From NCBI GenBank assembly GCA_022605425.2, contig CM061247.1, forward strand, positions 992,001-1,056,000: 64,000 bases of DNA, written 5' to 3'. This stretch comes from Hamiltosporidium tvaerminnensis FI-OER-3-3 (lineage: Eukaryota; Fungi; Microsporidia). Of the stretch, positions 1 through 11,746 are shown piece after piece. Both the position numbers and the translations under genes were made by a program. The notes beneath the pieces are model-generated. The model was given only the letters and a program-made list of their open reading frames with translations, did not search any database and was not told the DNA's origin. Within the stretch, counting starts at the first letter, position 1; each line of letters starts with the position of its first letter.

Positions 1-396
1 CATAGTTAATGGATAAATTTCAAAAATACGTTGTAAAAATTTTAAATACAAAGCTAACATATAAAATATGTGATTGTTTCATTTCAAAATATCTAAGCTG
101 ATAAAAATACAAGAAAAATGCAATCTCACTGAAAAAAAATATTGAATATAATTTGTAGTAGTTTTATCGAAAAACTTTAAATTAAACTCTTTAAAAAACA
201 AAATTTTATCAATCTCGGTTTTCGAAATATTTTCTTCGTATCGATGGACTTTGTCTGCAAACGACAAGTATTCAATCAGATTGTTTTTATTAACATTTCC
301 TGCATTTTCTAAAGAATATATATTTTCTTTGAATTCTTTTTTAAATTTGTATTTATCCTGAAATTTAGAATTCTTTCGATGTTTGTTATATTAGAA

Positions 397-1047
397 TTAG
401 AGTAATTTTTTTTTTGATATGCAATCCAAAGGTGAAGTACGTTCAATTGCAGATTTATTAGCATAGTCTGTGTAAGAAAGAGTAAAATTTCTTTTGCGAT
501 GTGAACTGTTTATTGGAGGCTCTGAACCGCCTGCTTGATCACCTTGCTCGGGAACAGAATTATCAAGGATATTCACAAAACGATCCACAAAATCTTCATT
601 TAAACATTGAGAGAATATTTTTACCTTTTTAATTGTGTTTTGTCTTGGTTTTATGGTTAAAAACCCCGATACGCAAAAATCTGATGCATTATGCACAAAA
701 TCAATATTGCATAGATTTGAACAAACAGAATTTTCTGTTTCGTGGTTTCTCAAGGAACTATTACTATAAGCCTTTTTCATATCTACATTTTCTGAAATCA
801 TTTCTGTTACAGATAAATCAGAAACAGATTCAGAACAATCTAATTCCTGATATAAATTATAATCATTTAAATCATCAAACAACAGAACGTTCATAAATTG
901 AATTTCACCATCAATTTCTTCATTCTGACTGTTAATTATGTTTCCAGTGATATCTTGACTTTCAAAATTATCATTGAGCATTGTTTTTATCGGTTCATTG
1001 GGAATAGATGTAAACAAAATCTGACTACTACATGAAGCATTATCCAT
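397..1047 (-). CDS. Hypothetical protein (216 aa), possibly a truncated or disrupted longer gene
   Basis: ATG-initiated ORF, rich in S/N/D. It ends just after a 10-nt homopolymer. Past two stops, the same frame stays open down to position 79. No recognisable domain. Confidence 0.45.
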   Translation of the reverse strand: MDNASCSSQILFTSIPNEPIKTMLNDNFESQDITGNIINSQNEEIDGEIQFMNVLLFDDLNDYNLYQELDCSESVSDLSVTEMISENVDMKKAYSNSSLRNHETENSVCSNLCNIDFVHNASDFCVSGFLTIKPRQNTIKKVKIFSQCLNEDFVDRFVNILDNSVPEQGDQAGGSEPPINSSHRKRNFTLSYTDYANKSAIERTSPLDCISKKKLL

Positions 1048-1679
1048 GTTCCTAATATCATTTCTATTGGTTTTAAATGTTTCTTTGATTTCAATATTCG
1101 TACTTTTTTAAAACCAAATGAATAAAATTAATAGTCCAACATAATTAATTATGGAACATCTTTTTTATAATCGATAATATAAGTCTTTCGGAAATTAACT
1201 TCAAAAATTCGATTTTTTTGTCGGTTTCAATAAATTTATGGAAAGAATGTTTAATTTTTTAATAAATCAAAAAAATAGCAAAATATTTACAAAATAATTA
1301 TAACAAACAAAAAAAGCAAGTGCACTCTCCAAAAAAAATGCTGAATCATTATTCATATAATATAATATTATTTTCCTTGAAAAAAAATTTTATGTTTTTT
1401 TTTAATTTTGAGAAAGCATATTAAGCGATTCGATTTTTTTTCAATAATGTTTCTAAAATGCATTTAGAATATTTTCTGTTGGTAGAAAGTATTTTTATTT
1501 ATAATCAATTTTTTTTGAATCCAAGTTGATATCTGATTTAAGTTTATCGATTATTTTGCGCATTTATACAATGGAATTTACTTCATATGATCATCGAGTT
1601 ATGGTTCAGTATATCTCTGTTTATTTTTACAATTATTCACGATAGCATGATATATTTATATCTAAAGGATGATCCAGGC

Positions 1680-4600
1680 AGCCCAGGTATGCTATGACGA
1701 GGCAACACGCAAAAAAAAAAGCTTAGATCCGCTTGGAAGGAAAACATAGAAAGTAAAATTTCTAAGTTAGTACTTTCCAAAGATCTTCTCGAGAAGGCTC
1801 GTAAGCAGGAAAAGCTCTCCACTTCGGAAACGAAGAGCCTTAAGAAAATCATGCGAGAGTTTAATTTAAACCTGAGCAGCGTAACTAATCTTTCCGAGGC
1901 TTAAGTTAAGAAGAATGAGTCTTTGAATGTTTATAAAAAAAGTTACAATGCATGAAAATAGGAAGCGATTCCGAAAAGAGAATCGTATGTTTGAGATATT
2001 CCGAGGTCGATTTTATCGTGGGTTATCTGAGCGTGTGGAATCAGAGCATGTGGTTAGTCGTGATGAAATTTTGAGTTTTTGGTCTACAATGTGGAACGAA
2101 AATGATGACGCAGTCACGTATGATGATTATTTGATTCCATTTGTATCAGATAATCATCTGACCATGTTCCCTTCACTTCATGAATTTGTAAATATCATTA
2201 ATTGGCTCCCTAATTGGAAAGCTGCTGGAATTGATAATATTTACAATTTTTTCATTAAGAAACTTACAACTCTTCACAAATATATTTATGATATCGTGTA
2301 AGTTATATGTTCAGAAGGAACACCTCAAGATGATTGGTTTTACTGCGGGCTTACCTATTTGATACCCAAAGGAATTCCACAAAGAGGCTCTGACTACAGG
2401 CCAATGACTTGTATGTCCAACCTCTGCAAGTTAACACTAAGTTTGTAACGAAAGTCGTTCAACTTGAAGTGGAAAGGCGAGGGTTGCTTGCGGAGAACCA
2501 GTTGGGAGCAATTAGAGGTGTGCAGGGAGCAAAAGAGCATGCTCTACAGAATATTGCCCAGAATAAAGAGTACGGAAACAATCTTAAGGCAACATGGATT
2601 GATGTTAAAAAAGCTTATGATTCAATAGACCACGCTTATTTGACTCAATGCATTGAAAACCTTAATTTACCTGATTGGATCCTGAAATTTATTAAGATAA
2701 TTATATCAAAATGGAAATTTGAAATATCAGTAGGGCCTGAAAAAATCATGAGCAAGAAGATTGATAGAGGGATTCTTCAAGGAGATAGTCTGTCACCTTT
2801 GTTATTTGTGTTGTGTATGGATTCATTAAGCCGAAAGCTTAATGAAAAATACACAAAAGTGACAGTACAAACAGATGCAGAATCCCATTCTACTAATCAT
2901 CTCTTGTTTATTGATGATCTTAAGCTCCTTGCAAAAGACAGCTCCACATTGAATGCTATGACAGGCGAGGCAAAGGAATTTTTAGAGGTGATTGGCTTAG
3001 AGATTAACAAAGAGAAGTCAGCCACAAATGATACGTGTTTTAAAGATACTGCTACTCTTCTAGAAGGTCTTAGTGTTTACAAATATTTAGGAATAATAGA
3101 AGATAGCAGAGGAATCCCAACACGTAGCTCATTTGAAGAAGTACAGAGCAAACTTATATCAAGAGTTGAAAGACTTTGTCACACTAGATTAAATGCAAAA
3201 AATTTATTCTCTGCAATTAATCAACATGCGATATCGTTAATCAACTACCACATAGGAGTACTTCGACTTGAACCGGCTGACTTCTCTAAGTTAGATGAGG
3301 CAGTGCGTGCGGTGTTGGTGAAGAATAAGATACATCTCCGCCCAGGATGTAAAGAACGTTTATACCTTCCTAGAACAGAACTTGGTAGAGGCATCATAGT
3401 GTTGAATTGCGAAGCGAACATATGCTTCTGCAACTCTCGAATTGTCTGGAAAAAACTAAAGAAATATCCACTAGACGAGCAGCAATCTTCAAGGTGGAGA
3501 ATAATAATAAAACCCATCTTGCACTTATAAAAGGCTTCTTAAAAGTAAAGTACAGGTTGGTAGAAGAAGTCACTAAGAAAAGTTTAGAAGAAGCTCAACT
3601 TGCAAAACTATCTAACGAAATAGAAAAATGAAAACTTGATTCAAAGTTATATAATGCAAGGAAAAATGAGCTTGTAAGCTTATGCGACTCTTCAAGATGG
3701 TTAAAGAGAGGAAATATTAGGCCACGAAATGAAGCTGTGTTCTGCTATATCCAGGATAGAAATGTATTCTGGGGAGTAGATGGTGTGTGTCAACATTGCG
3801 GGAATTCTGGTAAGACTGTAGATTATCTAACAACTCGATGTGAAAAAATGCTAGGGAATTCCTACATTAAACGGCATAATGAAGTGTTTTGATACTTATA
3901 CTTACTTCTCCTAAATAGGTATAAGTTTAAGTCCTCAAAACGAATTAGGAGTCACTAAGTTAAGAAATTCTTGATAATGAGTATGCAGAGATAAGAGTGG
4001 GCACCAGAATAAAAACTGATGTTAAAATTCGGAATAACAGACCCGACATATTTATTTTAGATAAGAAGAAGAATAAGATAACACTCTTTGAGTAGGAATC
4101 CTTTCCCAAGATTCACTTCAAATAGTTGAAACTGAAAAACTTAGGAAGTATGACCTGCTAGCCAATGAGTTGGGCCTTATTTATAAGTGTAGTGTTGAGA
4201 TAATCCCTTATGTGATGACCTGGGACGGTATTGTGACAAAATACCATAAATCTCATCTTAAAAGACTAGAAATACCCATGAATGTAGAGGCATACATTCA
4301 GTCTATAGTACTTAAGAAAACAGTCGAAACAATTTCCTTTGATCGACGAAGAGGACTTGAGTCAGGACTAAATGCCGAAGAGAGCTTGGAGAGAGCGTCA
4401 ATGGGTGTTATTATGAGATCAGAGATGCATGAGGAACCAACACCCCCTTTAAAAGAAGCGAAAACAGAGGAAGATGGTGCAAAAAATTTTAAACCAAAAA
4501 ATAAAGCACCCTTTATTTTACAAGGAGGAACCACTTTAGAGGAACCGACCAATAACATAAATGAAGAGTCGGATTTGGAAGAAGAGATAGACGTGGTTGT

Positions 4601-4680
4601 TGAAATGATGGAAAGAATTGTATAAAATAGATAAATTTGTTAACCCAGAATTTTATTACCTAAAATTAAAATTAAATTGC
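1680..4680 (+). mobile_element. Non-LTR retrotransposon with RT and restriction-like endonuclease (R2/R4/NeSL-type), 5'-truncated and disrupted by stops and frameshifts
   Basis: RT motifs WKAAGID, DVKKAYDS, GILQGDSLSPLLF, LLFIDD and YKYLGI. A degenerate CCHC knuckle (CQHC...RC...RHNEV) lies at ~3788-3885. The RPD endonuclease motif is at ~4040, followed by a PYVMTWDG segment. Confidence 0.93.
2409..3530 (+). pseudogene. Reverse transcriptase fragment of the RLE retrotransposon
   Basis: Core RT motifs are present, but the ORF is broken at both ends by frameshifts or stops. Confidence 0.9.
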
Positions 4681-4876
4681 TCATAAATACTTAAATTTTT
4701 TTAAGAAATATTTCTCCGAAATTTTTCGAAATAATTTACAAGATTTTTTCTATGAAAACAAGCAGTAATTTTATACTTTTTTATAAATATTAAGTTAAAA
4801 TTATGATGTTTTGATTTTTATTTTACGAAATATCAGTTACAGGAATCCTTAAATTGATAATATAATTAAAAATTAA

Positions 4877-7798
4877 TTAGTTTGAGATATATTCTTTAAA
4901 ATCTAATATGACTGGCATACCATAAATTACCAAAGAGGCGCCATTAAGATATTTAAGTTTCATATTTTTTTTGCTTTTTTGCACAAAAGCGGCCAAGTCT
5001 AGGGTTTCATTCTTAAAAATATTATCTAAAAATTCCAAGCTAAATCTATCGATATCTTTATCAGTGACATCCCAAAGACAGCCTAAAATTGTTGAGAATT
5101 TCTTTAAATATTTATAAATTATACCATTTCTTTTGAAATTATCTACACAAAGCACTTTTGCACTCGAACAACCGAAAAGAAGCATTATTTTGTCATTTTC
5201 ACTTCGAACTGGTGATTTTATTGTGCCATAATTTGATGATAAAACTTTAACTTTGTTGAGATTTCTATTTGTGATTTCAGATTCGAAATATTCATGATTT
5301 TCCTCCGTTTTTTCAGAATATCTGTATATTTCTTTAGATTTAGAAATATACTGTTTCTCTTTCAAATACGGTTTGAAATATCTTTCTCCATTTCCATGCC
5401 CAAAATATAAGAAAAGGTCTTTTTGTAAGATTTCTCTTATAATTTCAAAATCAATGGGTTTTCCTTCAATTCCTTCTGTAAAATTAAGTGTTTCTAAAAA
5501 CGGCTTTATTGTAGATCGAGTATCAGGCAGATTATTTTCAGGATCCAAGACATAAAAAATATTTTGAAGGATTTTTTTAGATTCAAAAAATAGTCGTTGA
5601 AATAAAAATTCTACAGACGGAATTCTATAAACAGAAACATTTTCAAAAATTTTCATCGATTCGAATGGAAAAAATGTCGTTGATTCATCTAAAATGATTA
5701 TATTTATATTTTTTGTATTTAAATACTCTTTGAGCTCCGAATTTACAGCAAAAATAATATCTCTTAATTCCTTATCCAGCTTGTATCTAATATCCCACCA
5801 AGTTTTTTTATCTGTCGCACTTTCTACTTTCATTTTCAAAGTCTCTCTTGAAGTGCTCAGAACTTTGTTAAGTTTGTTTTTTAAAGATTTTAAATCGATT
5901 TTAGTTTTCTGTGTTTTACATTCAAAAATATTTTTATCAAAAAAATAAAAATTTATACAAAGAATGTCGTTTAAGGAATAGAATGAAAACAAACCGACGT
6001 GCGAAAATCTTTTATAAAAAATTTCAAATTTCCTATAAAAATCATTCGAATTGCAAAAACTTTTAAAAAATGAATTTCCGAGTTTTTCATTCGAAAATTT
6101 TGAATTTCCATAAATTCTACGTTCCAAATCAAGATTACCGGCAGCGCCACAGTTATTTCCCAATTTATTTGATTTGGAATTTTCAAAGTTTTCTTTTCTC
6201 AGATTTTTAAAGGAATCTTCTTCAGAAAACTCAAAAAGTCTTAATTCTCTAATTTCATCAATAATTTCATTTAAAACAGAATTAAACAAAATTCGGTTGT
6301 TCAAATTTTTTTTCTTTTCATTAAAAAAAGTTTTATCATTTTTGAATTGAATATCACGTTTAAATAAATCCAATGAAATATTAGGACTGACGCCGTAAAT
6401 ATTAGCAAATCTTTCAACAAATAATTTTCTATTTATAAAATTAAATTTATATTTATTCAATCCATATTCCTCTATTAAATCCAAACTTTTATCTAAATAA
6501 TAAACTGATTCAAAATATTCCGCCAAATAAAAATGTGACAAGGCAATCAAATTATAAACATGTAAATAAATTTCTATAAAAATATTTTTAAAATTATTTT
6601 TTCTTAAAATCAATAAAACTTTTCTCAAAAGATTTTTACTTTCCAAATAATTTTCTTCAAGAATAAATATTAATGAATTTAAAAAAAGAATTTCAATATT
6701 AATTAAATTAAAATTTGTATTTTTTGTTGTATTTTTTATAATTTTCTTCAAATAATGCAACAATATTTTTAATTCTATTAAATTACATTTTTTAGCTTTT
6801 AATTGTAAAAAAGCTTTTTGAATTATTTCTGAGTATTCGTTTCTACATTCATTATATTTTTCTTTGTACAGAAATAAAGATTTACTTTCGTTTAAATTAT
6901 TTTGATTGCCAAAAAATGGATTCCAAAAATAATCTTCATCAAAAAAACTTAAACTCCAAATATCTGTTGAAATTATATGTTTAATGAAAACATATTCTTC
7001 ATCTTCAAAAATATTTTTAAAAAAATTGCTTTCTAATTTTAATTCCTTCAAAAAATAAAAATATTTCCTTAAAAATATTTTTTCTTCAACTGAAACCTCA
7101 CTAAATTTTACTTCTTCCGCAAAAATTTCATTTTTATTAAAATTTAGGTTTTTAAAGTTTTTTATTTCAAATAATTTTCTAGAAATATTTAATTTAAACC
7201 CACTGCTATTAGTCAACATCTCTTTATCAATGAATTTAATTTCATTATTTTCTCTATGTTCATTTAAATTTTTCAATTTTTTATTATTTTTACTTTTTTC
7301 TTTTTCTAAAATTTTATAAACTTTTTTTTGAAATATTTCACTCGTAAATAAAATATTTGACAAAATAAAATTTAAATTTGTTTCACAAAATTTATTTTTC
7401 AATTTAATAATTTCTATCGATATTTTTATTTCAAAATATTCTTTTGTTTCATTAAATTCTAAACTTTTAGATTTTTCTAAAATTTCTTTAAAAATACTAA
7501 ATTTTGTATTTTCATCGGTACATTTCTCATACAAAGAAATCAAAACTTTATACAGAGAATACAAAGGAATTCTCAATTTATCTTCATAAATGTACAAACA
7601 TTTAACTATTTCTAACCCAAGACTTATGTATAAATTATAATCATCTTCATTAAATTTCTTTCTTAATATCTCATTTAAAATATTTATGCCATAATTTCCA
7701 CGTTTTTTTACACTTAAAATTGTCGGTTTTCTTTTTCCAGTATATTTTACCATATTTAAAACCATTGATCTATATTTTTCAAATACCTCGTTTTTCAT
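4877..7798 (-). CDS. ESP1: Separase (peptidase C50)
   Basis: C-terminal motifs WWDIRYKLD, FPFES, YVLDP, LYFGHGNG (catalytic His), LLFGCSS (catalytic Cys), LGCLWDVTDKDID and YG.P. Confidence 0.95.
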   Translation of the reverse strand: MKNEVFEKYRSMVLNMVKYTGKRKPTILSVKKRGNYGINILNEILRKKFNEDDYNLYISLGLEIVKCLYIYEDKLRIPLYSLYKVLISLYEKCTDENTKFSIFKEILEKSKSLEFNETKEYFEIKISIEIIKLKNKFCETNLNFILSNILFTSEIFQKKVYKILEKEKSKNNKKLKNLNEHRENNEIKFIDKEMLTNSSGFKLNISRKLFEIKNFKNLNFNKNEIFAEEVKFSEVSVEEKIFLRKYFYFLKELKLESNFFKNIFEDEEYVFIKHIISTDIWSLSFFDEDYFWNPFFGNQNNLNESKSLFLYKEKYNECRNEYSEIIQKAFLQLKAKKCNLIELKILLHYLKKIIKNTTKNTNFNLINIEILFLNSLIFILEENYLESKNLLRKVLLILRKNNFKNIFIEIYLHVYNLIALSHFYLAEYFESVYYLDKSLDLIEEYGLNKYKFNFINRKLFVERFANIYGVSPNISLDLFKRDIQFKNDKTFFNEKKKNLNNRILFNSVLNEIIDEIRELRLFEFSEEDSFKNLRKENFENSKSNKLGNNCGAAGNLDLERRIYGNSKFSNEKLGNSFFKSFCNSNDFYRKFEIFYKRFSHVGLFSFYSLNDILCINFYFFDKNIFECKTQKTKIDLKSLKNKLNKVLSTSRETLKMKVESATDKKTWWDIRYKLDKELRDIIFAVNSELKEYLNTKNINIIILDESTTFFPFESMKIFENVSVYRIPSVEFLFQRLFFESKKILQNIFYVLDPENNLPDTRSTIKPFLETLNFTEGIEGKPIDFEIIREILQKDLFLYFGHGNGERYFKPYLKEKQYISKSKEIYRYSEKTEENHEYFESEITNRNLNKVKVLSSNYGTIKSPVRSENDKIMLLFGCSSAKVLCVDNFKRNGIIYKYLKKFSTILGCLWDVTDKDIDRFSLEFLDNIFKNETLDLAAFVQKSKKNMKLKYLNGASLVIYGMPVILDFKEYISN

Positions 7799-7976
7799 AC
7801 AATATAAGAGGGTATTACTTATAAATATAATAAGTTACCACCTTTCCAACGAAAAAACCTTTGAATTAAAAAATAAAAAAATTTTAATTAAATACATCTT
7901 TAAACAAAAATTTAGAATTTATAAGAAATAAGTCTTTTAATAAAAAATAGAGAATAGAATACAAAATTAAAAGATA

Positions 7977-9733
7977 CTCCCTCTGTCCGGAAATATGGTA
8001 TACATTTCAAAAAAAACCGTAGATTATCGTGAATACAAAAAATAAATAGGCAACCGTCATGACTTTGTCATAGTAAATATTCATGACAATATAACCTAAA
8101 ATTTTTAACTTTAGTAATATCATTCTTAGTTAAAAAGTTACCGCTCAAACATCAGTGTTTCTTAAGGTAAAAAAAATTAGTGCCGCTGCAAGACGAATAT
8201 GGAAAATGTGGAAGAAAATTTGTTAAATTCAGAAAAAAGAGATTCAAAATATAAACAGTTAACTAAAGAACAACGTCAAGGTATTTTAGAAAAATTATTA
8301 CAGCAGATGAAGGAGAATAAGTTAAAACGCGGTGCCATCAACGAAGTTTCTTCTGCCTTTCAAGTTTCCCGGCTAACCGTTAGCAGAATTTGGCATGCAG
8401 CACAAACTCAATACAGAAAAGGCAAGATATGTGCCGATGTTTCTTCAAAAAAGAAAAAAAGATGCGGAAGAAAACCTAAAGAATATTCGAACAATTTGGC
8501 GCAAATAAGGAATACACCATTAAATCGTCGAGGAACGCTCCGCAGTCTTTCCTTTGCAATTGATATTCCAAAATCAACTTTGTTTGATATATTCAAGTCG
8601 GGAAAGTATATCAAGAGAATATCTTCTACAGTTAAACCAACTTTAACAGATAAAAATAAAATGGACAGATTGAAATTTTGCTTGTCTAAAGTAAATCTTG
8701 CTAATAATGGAGATTTGCTTTTTGATGATTTGTACGACTACGTTCACATTGATGAAAAGTGGTTTTATCTAACTAAAGTTAAGCGCTCTTATTACTTAAT
8801 GTTAAACGAAGAAAACCCGGAGAGAAACTGCAAAAGTAAGCGATTTATTACGAAAATAATGTTCATGGCTGCAGTAGCTCGACCACGCTATGATGCACAT
8901 CGAAAGCTTTATTTTGATGGGAAAATTGGAATATGGCCATTTGTTTATCAAGAACCAGCTCAAAGAAATTCTAAGAATAGGGCTAAAGGGACAATGATAA
9001 CAAAAAATGTGGAATCTGTTACAGCAGTACATTGCAAAAACATGATCATTGATAATGTAATTCCCGCAATTAAATCTAAATTTCCGCCAGCATACAAAAA
9101 GAAAACAATTTACGTACAACAAGACAATGCAAAACCCCATTTTTCCGATAATGATGCAGATATTGTCGCTCTTGGTTCTGCTGATGACTAAAATATTAAA
9201 TTTAAGGCGCAACCGGCAAATAGCCCCGATTTAAATGTTCTTGATTTAGGTTTTTTCAACTCCATACAATCGCTGCAACATGAAGCTTCGCCACACACAA
9301 TTGACGAATTAATAAATTGTGTTCAAGATGCATTTCATCAATTAGAAGCTAATACTCTCGATAACGTTTTTACAACATTGCAAGCATGTATGGAGTCAAT
9401 TATGTTAGCAGATGGAGAGGATGCTATAAAATACCTCATTTAAGTAAAGGAAAACTTCGTCGCGAAGGTCGACTGCTAGAAAAATATGTAGGTTCGAAAG
9501 AATCATACGTTAAAGCCAAATCAAATTTCGAGTGAACTTATTAATTTTAATATGTATTTTTTTAAATTTTATTTAATATTTACATTAATATTTATTAAAA
9601 TGTTCGAAATAAAGGTAATATAATAAACTTGTCATGTACATTTTTTGATTTATTTTATTTTTTCGCAAATGTATACCATATTTCCGGACAAAAAAATCGC
9701 TAAAATGTATACCATATTTCCGGACAGAGGGAG
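7977..9733 (+). mobile_element. DD39D mariner-like DNA transposon, full length
   Basis: Perfect 31-bp TIRs CTCCCTCTGTCCGGAAATATGGTATACATTT at 7977-8007 and 9703-9733. TA target duplications at 7975-76 and 9734-35. Transposase inside. Confidence 0.96.
8199..9535 (+). pseudogene. DD39D transposase with an in-frame stop (9189-9191) and a late frameshift (~9420)
   Basis: Motifs VHIDEKWFY, QQDNAKPH and QPANSPDLNVLDLGFF. Reading through the TAA gives 39 residues between the 2nd and 3rd catalytic Asp. Confidence 0.92.
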
Positions 9734-9735
9734 TA

Positions 9736-10110
9736 GAATATAATTATAGAGAATAGAAATATAGAATACCAAATTGAAATATAGAATACCAAATTGAAAT
9801 AGAGAATACAAAATTAAAATAGAGAATACAAAATTAAAATAGAGAATATAATTAAGAAATGGAAAATAATTATAGAGAATAAAAAATAAATAAAAAAATA
9901 CTAAATTGAGAATACAAAATTAAAAATATAAAATAATTATAGAGAATGTAATAAAGAAATACAAAATAAATAGAAAATATAAATTGAAGTACAAAATAGA
10001 GAATACAAAATAACAACCAAAGAAGAAGTACAAAATACAAACAAATAATTTAATGAAATTCAAATAAGAAATTAGAAGTACTAAAGTAATAAAAAATAAA
10101 ATACAAAGAA
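9736..10110. repeat. Degenerate ~20-bp minisatellite (ATAGAGAATACAAAATTAAA-like)
   Basis: Repeated agaatac(c/a)aaatt(g/a)aaat units. The same motif is at ~7947-7972, on the other side of the transposon. Confidence 0.8.
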
Positions 10111-10123
10111 GTAAAAATTAAAT

Positions 10124-11611
10124 TTAATTAAAATCATTACAAATATACAATAATTCGGAATAAAAACTACAAATGATTAATCTATTTTCAAACACAGAAC
10201 CACCAATTTTTTTACAAATATTTTCAGCCCCCTCAATACTTATACATTCCACAAATATTTTCCCTTTATTCTCACATTTAATATGACTTAATAGCCCCTC
10301 TTTATTTATATCCGGTATTTTTATACTTTTTACTTCTGTGATTTGACTACACAAATTATATATTTTGGTTTCAATAAAATTAAAATGTAAATTTTCGTTA
10401 AAATCAAAAAAATTTAAAATCTGTACAAATCTTGTTTTTATAAGACTGGTTGTTATTGTATTTGAAATAAAAGTGTATTCAGGTATCATTTGACTAAAAG
10501 ATAGAACATAACAATTATCAATTGCTCTTCTGGCAATCAAGGGAATACCTTCTACTTCTATATTGCTGAGTATTTCTAGAAATGGATTTGTAGCTTCTTT
10601 ATTTTTAAAACTTAGACAGTAAAAATTATTTTTTTTAGATTTTAAAATATTTTTTATTTCTCCTTTGATTTCCTTTACTTCTTCTTTAATATATTTTATT
10701 TCATTATATTTTCGAACTTCTATTATTTCATTTAATTCTTCTTTGATATCTTCTATTTTTTTTACTTCTTCTTTGATATCTTCTATTTCATTTATCTCCT
10801 TTACTTCTTCGTTGATATATTTTAATTTTTTTACTTCTTCTTCGATATCTTCTATTTCATTTAATTCTGTAACTTCAATGAAGTGCTTTGTTTTTTTATT
10901 AGGTTCGTCGATTTCCTTGGAATTATTGCAAATTTCTCCCGTTTTAATTTTATTATTGCTTGACTGAGAAATATAAAAACTCGTTTCTGTATCAGATTTG
11001 ATTATAGAACAATTATTGTATATTTTATAATTATCAATAAAATAATATTCGGAAAATGCTTCAATCTCAGAAATATCATTTATTAAATCTCTTAAAACAT
11101 CTGTTTGTATATCAATAGGGCCTATAATAATCTTATCTCTATCATGAACAACATGTTTAACAAATTTGTTTCCAAAAAATTTACAATATAAAATATTTGA
11201 ATCAGCTGGTAAAATTTTAAAAAATTTCGATAAATAAAAACTAAAAATCGAATTCGACAAAAATAAACATTTTATAGCATCCTGTATATTTTCAAAATAC
11301 AAATATGGAAAATTAATTTTGTATCTTGTAAAATTTTTATCTAAAATTTCTTTTAATTTATTTAATTTAATTTCATCAGAAATATTATATATTGCTTGAT
11401 TTGTATAATCTGCATAAATAGAATAACAAAAATCTTTATCTGTTCGTTTTAATTTAAGCAAATTTGTCAAAACAGAATATTGTGTATCTTCTTTTGAAAT
11501 ATATATATTTGATTCTAGTATATCATCTAAATATGGTATTGCATATATAAATGGCATTGGATCACTAAACAAATTTTGTCTTCTTATTCTTCTATTCAAA
11601 GGTAAAACCAT
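10124..11611 (-). CDS. U2AF large-subunit (U2AF65/Mud2)-like RRM/UHM protein
   Basis: The C-terminus KGKIFVEC...AENICKKIGGSVFENRLIICSFY resembles the U2AF65 UHM (GKIFVEF...LTGRKFANRVVV). Internal EIEDIKEEVK repeats. First ATG at 11611, CCC at 11631-33. Confidence 0.7.
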   Translation of the reverse strand: MVLPLNRRIRRQNLFSDPMPFIYAIPYLDDILESNIYISKEDTQYSVLTNLLKLKRTDKDFCYSIYADYTNQAIYNISDEIKLNKLKEILDKNFTRYKINFPYLYFENIQDAIKCLFLSNSIFSFYLSKFFKILPADSNILYCKFFGNKFVKHVVHDRDKIIIGPIDIQTDVLRDLINDISEIEAFSEYYFIDNYKIYNNCSIIKSDTETSFYISQSSNNKIKTGEICNNSKEIDEPNKKTKHFIEVTELNEIEDIEEEVKKLKYINEEVKEINEIEDIKEEVKKIEDIKEELNEIIEVRKYNEIKYIKEEVKEIKGEIKNILKSKKNNFYCLSFKNKEATNPFLEILSNIEVEGIPLIARRAIDNCYVLSFSQMIPEYTFISNTITTSLIKTRFVQILNFFDFNENLHFNFIETKIYNLCSQITEVKSIKIPDINKEGLLSHIKCENKGKIFVECISIEGAENICKKIGGSVFENRLIICSFYSELLYICNDFN

Positions 11612-11746
11612 CTTATGTAAATCAAACAAAGGGTTTTTATTGTAATAAATTTTACTGAAAAATGAAAAAATCTAAAATTTACAAAAATTTTTATAAGAAA
11701 TAATTTAATGATTACCTCATTCATCGAAGATAATTTGTGGGAAAAG

